Shown: in pieces, positions 1-15,399 of the stretch
Layout: every line of letters begins with the position of its first letter
Numbering within the stretch: position 1 is the stretch's first letter
From: Octopus sinensis
Lineage: Eukaryota
DNA length: 64,000 nt
Direction: 5' to 3'
Assembly (NCBI RefSeq): GCF_006345805.1
Contig: NC_042997.1
Location: 114,824,001 to 114,888,000, forward strand
Notes under the pieces: model-generated
Database searches by the model: none
The model's input: the letters and a program-made list of their open reading frames with translations, nothing else
Told to the model about the DNA's origin: nothing
Made by a program: the position numbers and the translations under genes

Positions 1-518
1 ACGTCTCTTTTCTAGCACTTGCGGGATAAAAATGCCAAACCAAAAACAGGACAGCATAACCTAGAAAATCGTATGCATAGCAGACTCCCTTAGAAATATA
101 AAAAATAGAGAAGCCTCTATTGTCCGGTTGCTCAGTTCTGTATATTTTCCTGCCCTGCATCTGTTGCGATTGGAGCTATTATCTGTCAGAGACATCACTG
201 TAGTTTATAATAAACTTATGAATAATAAAAAAAAAATCCATACGACACAGTAAATATAGATATTCGGCTAAAAAGTCCGCTAACTATTAACTCCTGTTCG
301 TCCGTTGAGTGATGTAATATTTATAAGCGATACATTCATTAATCATTCATATCTTATTTGTAAATTGGTTTAGATCAAAGCAACTGTCCCGTATAAATCA
401 GTATTTTGGAAATAAGCGATTTTCCAGCCTTTTCTTTTGTGTTTTATTGATTCCAGGTTTTGGCCCAAGGCCAGCAATTTTAAAGAAGAGAATTCTATTA
501 CATCCACTTCAGTTGTTC

Positions 519-722
519 TCTGGGAAAAGTTATTATCTTTTGGTGCCTTATAATTTAACACACTCACCAGTAAAATTTCCACTTATTTATTTTTTATTTT
601 TCTAAAATTTTTGTTGCGTCTTGCAAGCTTTTCAATAGAAAAATAAAAAAAGAAATAAGTGGAAATTTTACCGGTGAGTGTGTTAAATTATAAGACACCA
701 AAAGAGAATGACTCTCCCCAGA
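519..722. repeat. Fold-back/MITE with about 85-bp imperfect inverted arms
   Basis: ..GGTGCCTTATAATTTAACACACTCACCAGTAAAATTTCCACTTATT is mirrored at 650-700. Confidence 0.75.
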
Positions 723-984
723 CGCAATAGAATATGCTTCAACACACGAACTCACATAAAGAATCTTGCAAACCAAATCCAAAAACGAAATATCGACTCC
801 AGTGTTTCGCTGGTACTTATTTTATCGACTTCGAAAGGATTAAAGGCAAAGTTGACCTTGGCGGAATTTGAACTCACAGTGTAGAGACGGACTAAATGTC
901 GCTAAATATTTTGCTTACCGTGCAAACGATTTTGCCAGCGCACCACCTTTCCTTTGTGTATTATTAAAACGACTAGATGACCCC

Positions 985-1380
985 GGTCAATGTTATCTAG
1001 TGGTTGTCTTTTGAGATGTGACATCGATCATCGTTTATTACTGAAAGAATGCTAGTTCACACATACAAACGTTCACATACTACTTCCCTTGTACATGCAC
1101 ACACATACATACACTCACACAGAGTTGAAACGCTGTTTGATTTTTCTTTTCAGCATTGAATGTTTACCATCCCACTTCCATTACACACACGCACGCACAC
1201 ACACACGCACACACACATACACACACACGCAAACATTCACATACCTCCCTTTTACATACACACACACATATACTCGCACAGAGCTGTATGCTCTCACTAC
1301 CAATTTGCCATCACCCCCTTCCTTTCTCATTCATATGTTGTGACGGAGAAAGTCACAAGAGTATTATTATAGTAGATGGT
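985..1380 (+). repeat. Unclassified dispersed repeat; second copy inverted at about 19700-20000
   Basis: Shared GTCTTTTGAGATGTGACATCGATCATC..GTTGAAACGCTGTTTGATTTTTCTTTTCAGC. Confidence 0.7.
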
Positions 1381-1834
1381 AGGCAACAAATGGGCAGAAG
1401 CGTGAAAGCGTCGGGAAAATTGCTTTGCAGTATTTCTCTTGGCTGTTTATGTTCTGAGTTCAAATCCTGCCAAGGTCAAATTTGCCTTTAGTTTTTCTGA
1501 AGTCGGTAAAATACTCTACTAGTCACATGGCATCAACTCACCCACTTTCCCTTCAAACTGCTGGCATTGTTACAATATCAGAAACCGCTTTGAAAAAGAT
1601 GCGCACGTGTGTCCGTGCGAGTGTGAATGCACTGTGTTTTACCTTCACTAATCTGAAGTCCCAACAGCATCATCATCATCCTTGTTTAACGTCCGTTTTC
1701 CATGCTAGCATGGGTTGGACGGCCATATTTCTGCTATATCAACCACAAGTGTCCCTGATACCCTAACATAAATTTTGGTTTCTGTCACAGACTATCAACC
1801 ATAAATATTACACTTTCTCTTGAATCTGGTTATA

Positions 1835-2257
1835 CTCTTTACTCTTTACTCTTTTACTTGTTTCAGTCATTTGACTGCAGCCATGCTGGAGCACCGCCTT
1901 TAGTGGAGCAAATCGACCCTGGGACTTATTCTTTGTAAGCCCATTACTTATTCTATCGGTCTCTTTTACCGAACTGCTAAGTGACGGGGATGTAAACACA
2001 CCAGCATCGGTTGTCAAGCAATGCTAGGAGGACAAACACAGACACACAAACATATACACACACATAAATATATATATATGTATACATATATACGACAGGC
2101 TTCTTTCAGTTTCCGTCTACCAAATCCACTCACAAGGCATTGGTCAGCATGAGGCTATAGCAGAAGACACTTGCCCAAGATGCCACGCAGTGGGACTGAA
2201 CCTGGAACCATGTGGTTGGTAAGCAAACTACTTACCACACAGCCACTCCTGTGCCTA
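1835..2257 (-). mobile_element. CORE-like SINE; other copies at about 2362+, 7060-, 10700-, 21116+, 23640-, 26575-27275-, 34393+, 34817+, 35215-, 49720+, 52735-, 54520-, 55665-, 57825+, 58350+
   Basis: Reverse complement of the 39800 copy. Confidence 0.8.
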
Positions 2258-2589
2258 TATGTTACTTTACTGTTTTATTTCATTGAATTTACTATAATTT
2301 TATTTATTCATTTTCTTATTTATTTACTTTGGTCGTAAAAAAGAAGGAATTCAATAGGGGTAGGCATGGCTGTGTAGTTAAGAAGTCTGTTTTTCCATCC
2401 ACATGGTTTCCGGTTCAGTCCCACATATTTTGTGCCTTCTATTATAGCCCCAGGGCAACAAAAGCCTTGTCAGTGGATTTAGTAGATGGAGACTTACTGT
2501 GAACTCCCAAGTGTTACATTGAGATGACAAACAACTTCTTTGTGCCTGAATTACAACAGAAACATATGCCTATTCAATGTATGTGATTT

Positions 2590-3043
2590 TAGCAGGATGG
2601 GGTGATGGCCCACATAGCCAGAGCATCAATGGATGTTCTTTGCCCTTTCTTTGGTGACAGCCTCATTTCCCGGTTTGCTGACATTCCATGAGCCTCTCGG
2701 TCGCCTGACTTGTCTATGTGTGATTATTTCTTGTGCGAAAACCTCAAGACACACATGTATGCATACAAGCCCCGTACATTGGACAATTTGAAGGAAGCTA
2801 TTCACATGGAAGTCGCCCAAATTGACAGCAATGCTGGAGAGAGTGGAAGTCAGCTTCCAAGAATGCCTTCAGAAATGCATCAATGAAAATGAACACCACA
2901 TGATGGATGTTGTTTTCCACACTTGATTTTGACAAATGCTAATTCAATACAAACACGTTGTTAATAAAATTTGTTTGCACCTAAAATTAATGATTTTGTG
3001 AATTTTTCAAAAAAAACGTCCATCCTCTCTGCTCCACCTTGTA
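2590..3043 (+). mobile_element. Tc1/mariner transposase C-terminal relic
   Basis: W-x-SRSPDLSMCDYFL..LK...KPRTLDNLKEAI reading; ends CCACCTTGTA. Confidence 0.75.
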
Positions 3044-5399
3044 TTAATATCATGGTTTCTGAAGCAACTACCAGACATCATTGAATAATAAAGTCTCGTC
3101 TGAATAACTGTCTCCATTCCTTCCTCTGGTACATCTAAACTGAAACCTGCGACTTTGTTCAATGTATTTATTTAACTAATATGTGATAAGGGTGATTGAC
3201 ATGTGTAAATAACTGCTAAAAACCATATTAAATGAGCTGCAGTTTGTCCAGTTGCACTTCCACAAATATATTGGTATCAATGATTGAGTAATTGAAATAA
3301 CATTCATTACTGCCATCACTGTCGTCACATCCACCGCCACCCCCACTTCCACCACTGTTGCTACCGTCACCACCACCATCACCCCATCCTTGTCGTTGTC
3401 TTAGTCGTTGCCACTGCCTTCGTTATTTGAACATTAGCTTTTTTTCCATGTTTGCAAAAGACAAAAGGAATTGGTTGGTGCAGATTGTCTGTGATTGGAT
3501 GCCCAGGCATGGGGGAAATAAAATCTTGAACGAAAACAGATTAGAAGCAAATGACATCTTTTAAATGACAGTGGTGGATGCTTGGTTGTGACACGATCTT
3601 GAGACAAAGGGACACTGACACACTCACACAGACACACACGTTATGGGCCACCATGCAGTTTATATCTATCATCATCGTTGTTGTCGTCATCATTTAATGT
3701 CTGTTTTCCATGCTGGCATGGGTTGGACAGGTTGACAGGAGCTGGTAAACTGAAGGGCTGCACCAGGCTTGAATTGTCTGGTTTGGCATGGTTTCTACAT
3801 CTGGATGCCCTTCTTAATGCCAACCACTTTACAGAGTGTGTTGGGTGCTTTTTTCTGTGGTACAAGACCCCTCAACTGGTAGGGAATAGTATTGAGGGAC
3901 AGCAAAAGGTGTCCTGCATTAGAAAAGAGACATGGCTACCTCAGACAGAGAGAGAAAAGAGAAATATTGTGAAGATGTGACAGAGAAAGGTTAGGGGTTA
4001 TATCCCCTAGTTACAGGGTTGTGTGAATAGTGAAGTGGATCAGGGATTGGAGACAGTGGGTGGGTGGGTGTTCAATCTGATCCTAAATCTCACCCACAAA
4101 ACATTAATCTTCTTGTGCTAAATTAAATGCTGTGCAGTGAGATTGAACCTGGAACCACGTGGTTGCAAAGCAAACCTCTTAACCACATGACTCTACATAC
4201 ACCTCCATCTATTACAAAATATCGCATTCCTTAGAGAAAATTCCAGTAAGGTGGAAATTAAATGACAGGAACCAGTTCTTGACTGTTACAATTTAATTCT
4301 TCCTCGTTGAGTGAATTCCATCATCATTTTCAGTGTTTGGGTATTTAAGTAATTAATCAGGGAATAATTGGCACTGTCGGTTACGACGACAAGGGTTCCA
4401 TTTGATCCAATCAATGGAACATCCTGCTCGTGATATTAATGTGCAAGAGGTTGGGTATTCCACAGACACACAGGTACTGTTAATGTAGTTCTCAAGGCAA
4501 TTCAGTATAACACAAAATGTGACACGGCTGACCCCTTTGAATTACTGGTACTAATCATTTTTGCCAGCTGAGTGGATTGGAGCAATGTGAAACCGTATCA
4601 GGACAACTACTCCCCCTCCCGCCATAGGACAATTCCCCCAACGACAATTAAACCGCCTCGGTTAATTACCTCCTCTCTGATATATTAAGAAGTTTTAAAT
4701 CATCATCTGTAGTCCTCGGGGGTAATTGTCCTCTCTTAGGTCATTCATACTCTGGCATTTGTACACACACACACATACACACACACATGCACACACACAC
4801 ACATATGCACACACATGCACACATACACATACATACACACACATACACACACACATTTAACACACATGATATTTTTATATCTATATATCATTATACTGTG
4901 TGATGATGATGATGATGATGATGATGATGTGCCTGTGTAGTATTACTGGTATGGAACCTGGAAAACCATAGTTTGAATGAGTACTTACTACATGTATTGT
5001 CCATAGGCAGGGTGGGGGTAAATGTCCTAGACTCTTGTGAAATAAAATGTTTTGCTCAAGCACACACTGTATCGTTGGGAATAGAACTCATGACCTTGCG
5101 ACTGTGAACCGAATGCCCTAACCACTAAGCCACGTGCCTTTACTAATCTGGGAACAGAAGGCACGGAAAGGGAGGTGATAGGTGGAGACAGTAGGTGGGG
5201 GGAGGGTAATGGGAAATGGAAGTGGTGTGTATTCATTTTGCTCTTGGGTGACAGAGAGGTGATGTCTGTGGATGAAAGATGGGGGCGGGGATGGTTGACA
5301 GGGCAGAGAGGATGGAGGTGGGTATGGGGCAGAGCTACTCACAGACAAGCATTAACCAAGGTGGCTTAAGGTATCGATTCTTCTTTGATGGACAGATTT

Positions 5400-6285
5400 T
5401 CTTGGGTCCAGTAAGGTGCCATATGTTGTGGTCCTTTCTTATCTCCTTCATAAAGCTCAGTGTCATGAAACTGGCCTTCCATACTTTGTCCCCTGTCCTT
5501 CTGGGTTCCAACCACTTTAAATGATTGGCACTTCTATATGCAACTGTCTACATCCATGTGCATCACATGACCAAACCAGCATGGTCTTCTCTCTTGCACA
5601 CTGCACCTAATTCCTCTTATGCCTCTAACTTTTCTCTCAATACACTAGCGCTCAAAGGTGGCGAGTTGGCAGAAACATTAGCATGCTGGGTGAAGTGCTT
5701 AGCGGTATTTTGTCTGTCGCTATGTTCTGAGTTCAAATTCCGCCGAGGTCGACTTTGCTTTTCATCCTTTCAGGGTCGATTAAATAAGTAGCAGTTACGC
5801 ACTGGGGTTGATATAATCGACTTAATTCGTTTGGCTGTCCTTGTTGGTCCCCTCTGTGTGTAGCCCTTTGTGGGCAGTAAAAAAATAAGAATCATCAGCA
5901 TGCTGGGCGAAATGCTTAGCAGTATTTCATCTGTCTTTACGGTCTGAGTTCAAATTCCGCCAATGTCGACTTTGCCTTTCATACTTTTGAGGTCGATAAA
6001 TTAAGTACCAGTTATGTACTGGTGTGGATCTAATCGATTGCCCCCTCACCCAAAATTTCAGGCCTTGTGCCAAGAGTAGAAAAGAATACATTAACACTCA
6101 GTCGCACATGCACACTGACATTGCACATCCAGCAGAGTACACTAGCATCATTTCCCTCTAACGTTTGCATGTCCTCTGCATTCAGAGCCCACATCTCATG
6201 ACCATGAAGCATTGTTGTTCATACATATGTACCATATGCTCTTCCTTTCACTCAGAGACCTTTGGTTGCCAACAGAACCTAACAG
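5400..6285 (-). mobile_element. RTE C-terminal fragment split by two Meta-like SINE copies
   Basis: MLHGHEMWALNAEDMQTLEGNDASVLCWMCNVSV (6095-6285) continues at 5400-5645. Confidence 0.75.
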
Positions 6286-7178
6286 GTAAAAGCTCTAAAA
6301 CAAAAAAACCCAAACGAACGAGAAAAAAATAACTCCAGGCACAAACACAAACCAGTCAGTTTAAACAAGATCTCAGACATGGAATTGTTAAATGTAAACT
6401 CATGACTGACAAGAAATAAACATCTCAGTCTTATGTCTGAATTAATTAAACAGCCCTCGTCAGGACTAGACTGTCATAACCAGTGTATCTTAATGAATAT
6501 TAATTAACAAACATTGATATTTGTATCAAAGGAATACCAAATCTGATTATGTCGATGTGATTTTGTTTGTTTTTTTTGTTATCCTTTTGCTTGTTGTCTT
6601 TTTTTTTTCATTAATCCCCCAGATGACAAGACGGTTTAGATGTCGTTATTAAATATTAATGGCAGCCGAGACACTGCAAGAGATCCATAGATAGCCTTCA
6701 ACTGCAGTGAATATGTATGTATCTAGAAAAATGTTTTAACATATGAATGTACACATGCACACACACATATGCATGCACACACGCACACATGTACACATAT
6801 ACAATCATACAGATATATTCTTCTAAACGCATACACTTTAATACACAAGCGTTCATACACATAGATTTCCGTATGACTATTTACATGTATATTTTAGTGT
6901 ACATACATACACGCATGCATGCATGGATGCATGCACACATGCACACACACACACACATACACACACACATGTATCAGAAATTAAACTGACAAGGGAAAAG
7001 GTTAATCAAAATAGTTTTTCATTACTGCTCTCTACTTGGCCAACACTTTGTTCTGCAACATGTGTATATTGAATTCCAGGTTCAGTCCCACTGCATGGCA
7101 CCTTGTACTATAGCCTTGAGCTAACCAAAGCCTTGTGGGTAGATTTGGTAGACGGAAACTGTCATATATAGATATGTA

Positions 7179-7211
<33 letters not shown>

Positions 7212-7360
7212 ATTTATTTCGAGACACATGCTAATAGTGATAAATTATATGGTTATTGACGATTAAGTCTATTTCAGCATATTTGGCATTGAAATTTTTT
7301 TTTTTTGCCCTTGTTTATAAGTTGTATATATATATAAAGAATTTTTTTGCATAATGAGAT

Positions 7361-7489
7361 AAAAAACCAAGGCTGTATAGATATTAGAGCATTTATAGAT
7401 AGAAGGTCTTACAGCTGTTTCTATCCTAGAAACAGCTGTAAGACCTTCTATCTATAAATGCTCTAATATCTATACAGCCTTGGTTTTTT
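7361..7489. repeat. Perfect palindrome, 63-bp arms, 3-nt loop (TCC)
   Basis: Arms 7361-7423 and 7427-7489 are exact reverse complements. Confidence 0.9.
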
Positions 7490-7671
7490 CTAATTATTAT
7501 GCACAAGAATTCTTATATACACACACTGACATAGAACCAATGTTGAACCCTTTATTCGCAATATTACCGAATCTGGAACTTAACTATGGTCTGTCTATAG
7601 CACTTATTCAGCATTACCTGACACCTTTGAGTCTCAATGACACCATTATCTCTTATAACCTCAACTTCTCG

Positions 7672-7710
<39 letters not shown>

Positions 7711-7719
7711 TATATATAT

Positions 7720-8000
7720 ATAAAATACAAAATGGGACAAGAACGCAAAACATCCGGACGGTTAGGTGATACAAAAATGAGACAACAAAACATCTAGATA
7801 GATGATACAAAGAAAACAAGGATGGGTCATTCAAAGTTCTCTTTCCTCAGTTGAGTACCAGATTATCTGCACAATTTCGGCTGATTATACTTGAGATTGC
7901 TCCAATCTGGTCAGCCCCAAGGAAAAACTAAGCTAAGAGCATTAGATTCCTTGGAAGAAAGCAGCAAATGTATACAAAAACAAGGACAGAAAAAAATGGA
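7720..8000 (+). repeat. Dispersed repeat next to (TA)n; second copy at about 34615-34795
   Basis: ACAAAATGGGACAA..GATGATACAAAGAAAACAAGGA..TTTCCTCAG shared. Confidence 0.7.
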
Positions 8001-8371
8001 CAATGTGTTGTGTTACTAGCACCCATGCTGGTGGCACATAAATAGTACCTTTCAAGCAGTGGGCCTCACAAAGGCAATGACAAATAACTGAGACCTTTGA
8101 CAATATGCTGTGCTTGAGTAGAAGACCCTTCAAGTCGCAGATACTGGCATCACACAACTGGTACCCGTGCCAGTGGCATGTAAAAGCATCCATTACACTC
8201 TTGGAGTGGTTGGCATTAGGAAGGGCATCCAACCATAGAAACCATGCCAAATCAGACTAGAGTCTGGTGCAGCTCCTCAACTTACCAACCCTGGTCAAAC
8301 CGTCCAACCCATGCCAGCATGGACAATGGACGTTAAATGATGATGATGATATATATGTGTGTGTGTGTGTG

Positions 8372-8408
<37 letters not shown>

Positions 8409-8856
8409 GAAATATGTTACAAAAGAAAATAGAAACTACACGTGGAAATGTAAGGGGAAAGTAAGAAGAAAAAAGCGAAAATGCACATTGGAAATCAAGA
8501 AAAGTGAAGGCTTTTTATGAAAAGTTACGATAGATATATGCAATTAAATGAACTGAGGTTTATATATACATACATACACACACATATATATATATATATA
8601 AATTTATATTTATATTTATATATACTCATAGCCATCTGGTTTGCCAGACCTCAGTCAAATCATCCAACCCATGCTAGCATGGAAAGCAGACGTTAAACGA
8701 TGATGATGATGATGATGACACACACGTGTGCTTGTGTAATCTATAATTAAGTATATATATATATATACACACAAACTAATAACTATATGTATGTGTGTGT
8801 GCATATATATATGTGTGTGTGTATATATATATGTGTGTGTGTGTGGGTGGGTGTGC

Positions 8857-8931
<75 letters not shown>

Positions 8932-9040
8932 AAGCCTGATCAATAAGTATCTGGGCTGTTGCCATAGTAATGAAGCAAAAACATGCAGAGTAATCTGATT
9001 GGGAAAAAAAATTACCTTAAACTCTGCTCTGTAGGCACAC

Positions 9041-9592
9041 TAAGATTTTATCATTCTAGCTTGCTTCTGCTGTTTACAGCAGCTCTTGGAAGGAAGGTGT
9101 GTAGTGCGTCGTCGTTGCAGTGACCATGACAAAGGAAGTTTTCATGGCGATACCTGCTCAGAGGTCTGCGTAAAGTTGCAGAAAGTATATTGAGAGGAGT
9201 GTACGAGCCACACACATGTATATGAGTGGTCAGACGTTTCCAAAATCACCATCTGTGAGTTATCAGAGGATGTGCAGATTAGTCATGGTTCAGTTCAGTC
9301 CATTATCACTGAAGATTTGGGCAAGTTTGTGCCAAAACTGCTTTCAGCTGACCAAAAAGACACTTGGGTCTCAGTTTCACAAGATCTCTTTGATTGTGTT
9401 GAGAATGATAAAAACTTTTTGAAAACTTTGCATAAGCTTCTGAACAGGTATTGCCAAGCTTTTGGCAAAGTTTCACTCAGATTCTCTGCTCAACTCCCTC
9501 TGTCATGGCCAACGCGACAATCACACGCTACACACCTTCCTTCCAAGCATTGCGGTAAATAGCAGAAGTGAGCAAGAACTATAAAACTTCGT
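9041..9592 (+). mobile_element. Mariner relic bounded by about 95-bp inverted segments
   Basis: ISHGSVQSIITEDLG-KFVPKLLSADQK..VSQDL..ENDKNFL. 9041-9136 is inverted relative to 9495-9590. Confidence 0.75.
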
Positions 9593-9740
9593 ACACATGC
9601 ACAGCAGAGTTGAAGGTCAATATGTACCAAGCGGCTTTACTCTGTGTGCTTTAGCTTCGTTACTATGGCAACAGTGCGGGTACTTATTGATCAGACCACA
9701 TATATCCGTGTGTGTGTGTGTGTATGTGTGCGTCCGTGAG

Positions 9741-9771
<31 letters not shown>

Positions 9772-10149
9772 CACTACATATTAAAACTAATCAGCTGACC
9801 ATTGTGTTGTAACTCAAAGCAAACCAACTACCAGCTCCAGTTTCTTTGAATGACTGAACCCCTGTGATCTACTGCTGCTTCACGCTTCATTGATTTGCAT
9901 GCCATCCAGCTGTGAAAGCAGCTGTTCCGGCTGATAAACCTTTCCCAGCCATGCATGCATGGTATGAATGTATGCAAAACACAGTAAAAGATTGTATATA
10001 TAACGAACACAGCTAAAGAAAACGAGCTTGGATTTCAAGGGAGATAACTTTGCTTCATTGGAGGGTGGTGTCATCATCATCATCACCAGCACCAGTACCA
10101 CCATCACTGTCATCATTGCTGTCGTCAACATCATCGTCATTATCAGCTG

Positions 10150-10652
10150 AATGGCACCTGTGCCAGTAGTACATAAAAACCACCATTTGAGCATGGCTGA
10201 TGCCAGTGCTGCCTGAGTGGCACATAAAAACCACCATTTGAGTGAGGCTGATGTCAGTGTCGCCTGACCAGCACCCATACCAGTGGCATGTAAAAAGCCC
10301 CATTTAAGCATGACTGATGCCAGTGTCGCCTGACTGGCACCCATGCCGGTGGCAAATAAAAACCACCATTTGAATGTGGCTGATGCCAGTGCTGCCTGAT
10401 TGACACCTGTGCCAGTGGCTCATAAAAACCACCGTTCAAGTGTAACTGACGCCAGTGCCACCTGACTGGCACCCATGCAAATGTTATATAAAAAGCACCC
10501 ACTACACTCTCGAATGGTGTTAGTAAGGGCATCCAGCTGTAGAGACATTGCCATATCAGATTGGAGCCTGGAGCAGCCTCCCAGCTTGCCAGTCTTCAGT
10601 CAAACCATCCAACCCATGCCAGCATGGAAAATGGACGTTAAACGATGATGGT
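10150..10652 (+). mobile_element. RTE 3'-UTR copy with 5-6 tandem monomers of about 65 bp and (GAT)n tail
   Basis: Monomers end in ..AAAAGCACC, followed by CACTACACTCTC..GGAAGGGCATCCAGC..GGACGTTAAACGATGATG. Confidence 0.75.
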
Positions 10653-10939
10653 AATGATAATAATTGGTCTTTTGCTGAACCACTAAGTTATGAGGACATA
10701 AACAAACCAACCCTGGTTGTCAAGCAGTGGTGGGCACAAATACAAAGACACACACACACACATGTACAATGGGCTTCCACATAGTTCTCCATCCACCAAA
10801 TTCTCTCATGAGCCATTGATGGGCCCAGGTCTTATAATAGAGGAAAACTACCTAAGGTACATCATAATGGTATTGAACCTAAAACGATGTAGTTGTAAAG
10901 CAAGCTTCTTAACCATATAGTCGTGTCCATTTCTTTCAC

Positions 10940-10979
<40 letters not shown>

Positions 10980-12070
10980 GTTCATCATCTGCCTTCCATG
11001 CAAGCATGGGTGGGATGGTTTTGCAAGAGCCAGCCAGGCAGAAGCCTGACCCAGACTTCTGTGACTGATTTGGCAAGGTTTTTACAGCTGGATGCCTTTC
11101 CTAACACCAACCATCCATCAGAATGGACTGAGTGCTTTTTATGTGGCACAAGCACAGGTGAAGTCAGTTTTGGCAAGGTTTTTACAGCTAGATGCCCTTC
11201 CTAACACCAACCACTCAGCAGAGTAAACTTAGTGCTTGGTGTTATGGCCATGTTCATTGACCTCTCTCTCAACAATGCTCCACATGTAATAGTCCAATGG
11301 ATTGAAATCTAGGGAATTAGGAGGCCAAATGTTAGGGGTTATGTGATCGTGAAACTTTTCAGCCATCCATTCTTGTGTTATTAGAGCCATGTGTGATAGT
11401 GCAGAGTCTTACTGAAACACATATGGCCTTCCATTGCATACACTGTCTATTCAAGGCTTAGCAATTATTTCCAGGGCCTCAATATAGGCACCAGAGTTAA
11501 CTCTAAGGCCTGGTGGAAAGAAGTAAGGAGGCATCACATGTCCTTCATTGCTGACAATCCCTAAAACCATGACAGTTGCAGGAAATTTTGTATATGTAAC
11601 ACTTGGAACTTCAGAAGGGCCTGCACATAACCGTCTGTCATTTTTCTGTTTACATTTTGATTTTGGTGGAAGTTTTTCTCATTTGAGAAAAACCAAATCA
11701 AATCTTCTTCTGCTGGATTTTTCAGTTTGTTTAAGAGCCTTTTAGATCTAATATGCTGGCATTGATGGAACGGTTTGACAGGAGCTGGTGAGGCAGAAGC
11801 TTGCACTAGCCTTTTGTGTCTGTTTTGGCATGGTTTTTACAACTTGATGCCCGTCCTAATACCAACCACTCAGCAGAGTGTACTGAGTGTGTTTTACGTG
11901 GCCCAGGGAGAAGGAGAGGTCAGTTTTGGCAAGGCTTTTACTTGGATGCCCTTCCAAACGTCAACCACTTTACAGTGTGGACTGAATGCTCTTTAAGTGG
12001 CACCTGCACTGACAATGTCACCAAGTAACTTATATGTACATATATATCATCATCCCCATCATCATTATCG

Positions 12071-12792
<722 letters not shown>

Positions 12793-13336
12793 GATAGATA
12801 TATACAAATACACATATGATGATGATGATGATGATGACACTGATAGCAATGACATGTTTACACACATGCATATCTACATATATACATATAAACAATGATA
12901 TATATATATATATACATATGTACGTAACCTTATCCTTTAATCTATATAATGTTTCATTTAAAGCCTTGTGCTATCAATTCCTTGGTGATCGAGAAAGCAA
13001 GAGAGTTACCTTACTCACACGCTTTACACCCACACAAGGGTTGCATATGTTTGCGTGTGCTTCTGATTAGACAGAAGTGAAGTGGTGGTGGTGGTGGTGG
13101 TGGTATTGGGTTGGGGGAACCTATTTCGAAGCTGCACTCGCTTGGCAAGTGACTTTATTTAATATTTTGGGCATTGAAACTAAAACGATTCTATTATAGA
13201 AGTTTTGTCTTTTATTATTGCATAGTGTGAAAGTGTCAAAAACATTTGGCCTTCGTCTATGACCTGGGCACAAGCATATATGAATATGGATGTGTGTGTG
13301 TGTGAGTGTGTATGTATGTATGTATGTATGCATGTG

Positions 13337-13372
<36 letters not shown>

Positions 13373-13486
13373 ATATATATACATATACACACACATACAC
13401 ACATATATACATAAATATATACATATATGCATATACATACATATATATATGCATATATATATGTGTATATATATATATGCATATAC

Positions 13487-13549
<63 letters not shown>

Positions 13550-13830
13550 GTTATCGCCATACTAATATGGCATTCTTATAAAAATAAGAATAAAGCTGTC
13601 CGCTTATTAGCTCCATGAGGCCATCGCCTTAAGTTAGCTATTTGATACACAAACTGTATCCATATAACCTTCGAACAAGGGAGGTCAGTCGCTCCACACT
13701 ACTTGATTAGAGAGACTTAGTAATTTTAATATTTCTATTATTGAAAACAAGTGGATGTATTCCACCGAAACTAGGTAAATAAAACCTTCGAACAGAGATA
13801 GTCGGAAGCGACACCTACTGGTCTGACTAT

Positions 13831-13872
13831 GCTACATTGACAAGGGGCAATACCCCGAAACGCGTCTGTAGC
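13831..13872 (+). ncRNA. Second copy of the U3-A8 hammerhead (tandem duplication, offset 1420)
   Basis: Identical to 12411-12452. Confidence 0.78.
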
Positions 13873-14101
13873 TGTCGATCAAGTAGTGTGGAGCGACTGA
13901 CCTCCCTTGTTCGAAGGTTATATGGATACAGTTTGTGTATCAAATAGCTAACTTAAGGCGATGGCCTCATGGAGCTAATAAGCGGACAGCTTTATTCTTA
14001 TTTTTATAAGAATGCCATATTAGTATGGCGATAACTATTAATTTCCAGGAACGCTGCCGTGTTCTCTTTTAGAGAGACTTAGTAATTTTAATATTTCTAT
14101 T

Positions 14102-14133
<32 letters not shown>

Positions 14134-14148
14134 GATAGATAGATAGAT

Positions 14149-14191
<43 letters not shown>

Positions 14192-14699
14192 TAGATAGAT
14201 AGATAGATAGATAATGATAGATATATACAAATACACATATGATGATGATGATGATGATGACACTGATAGCAATGACATGTTTACACACATGCATATCTAC
14301 ATATATACATATAAACAATGATATATATATATATATACATATGTACGTAACCTTATCCTTTAATCTATATAATGTTTCATTTAAAGCCTTGTGCTATCAA
14401 TTCCTTGGTGATCGAGAAAGCAAGAGAGTTACCTTACTCACACGCTTTACACCCACACAAGGGTTGCATATGTTTGCGTGTGCTTCTGATTAGACAGAAG
14501 TGAAGTGGTGGTGGTGGTGGTGGTGGTATTGGGTTGGGGGAACCTATTTCGAAGCTGCACTCGCTTGGCAAGTGACTTTATTTAATATTTTGGGCATTGA
14601 AACTAAAACGATTCTATTATAGAAGTTTTGTCTTTTATTATTGCATAGTGTGAAAGTGTCAAAAACATTTGGCCTTCGTCTATGACCTGGCACAAGCAT

Positions 14700-14768
14700 A
14701 TATGAATATGGATGTGTGTGTGTGTGAGTGTGTATGTATGTATGTATGTATGCATGTGTATATATATA

Positions 14769-14809
<41 letters not shown>

Positions 14810-14917
14810 CACACACATACACACATATATACATAAATATATACATATATGCATATACATACATATATATATGCATATATATATGTGTATATATATATAT
14901 GCATATACATATATATA

Positions 14918-14975
<58 letters not shown>

Positions 14976-14985
14976 GTATATATAT

Positions 14986-15072
<87 letters not shown>

Positions 15073-15073
15073 G

Positions 15074-15157
<84 letters not shown>

Positions 15158-15200
15158 TACATGTATGTATGTACGTATATGTATATTTATACATACATGT
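14700..15200. repeat. Large compound (TA)n/(TATG)n microsatellite
   Basis: Direct inspection. Confidence 0.95.
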
Positions 15201-15399
15201 ATGTGTGTATAATGTCAGGTCATTCTTAGTGCTTTGGTAACGTGTAACCAAGTGCAACTTGTCACATGGTCAGGCCATTGGCAACCAAACCAACAACCCT
15301 ACCCAGCCTGCTTAGCAAGGAGGGTAGTTTTCATTGAATACCCTGCAGGATGGAAAACAAAGCCCGTCAAAGAGTGAATCAATTCAGTAGGACCTGGTA

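Noticed and set aside
1-200. Minus-strand reading frame (MSLTDNSS...VMLSCFWFGIFIPQVLEKRR) with an acceptor-like site near 61
   Set aside because: Internal TAG, truncated by the window edge, no recognisable family.
10150-10500. CRISPR-like array of regularly spaced repeats
   Set aside because: Whole units are homologous (no unique spacers), the context is eukaryotic, there are no cas genes, and it lies in an RTE 3' UTR.
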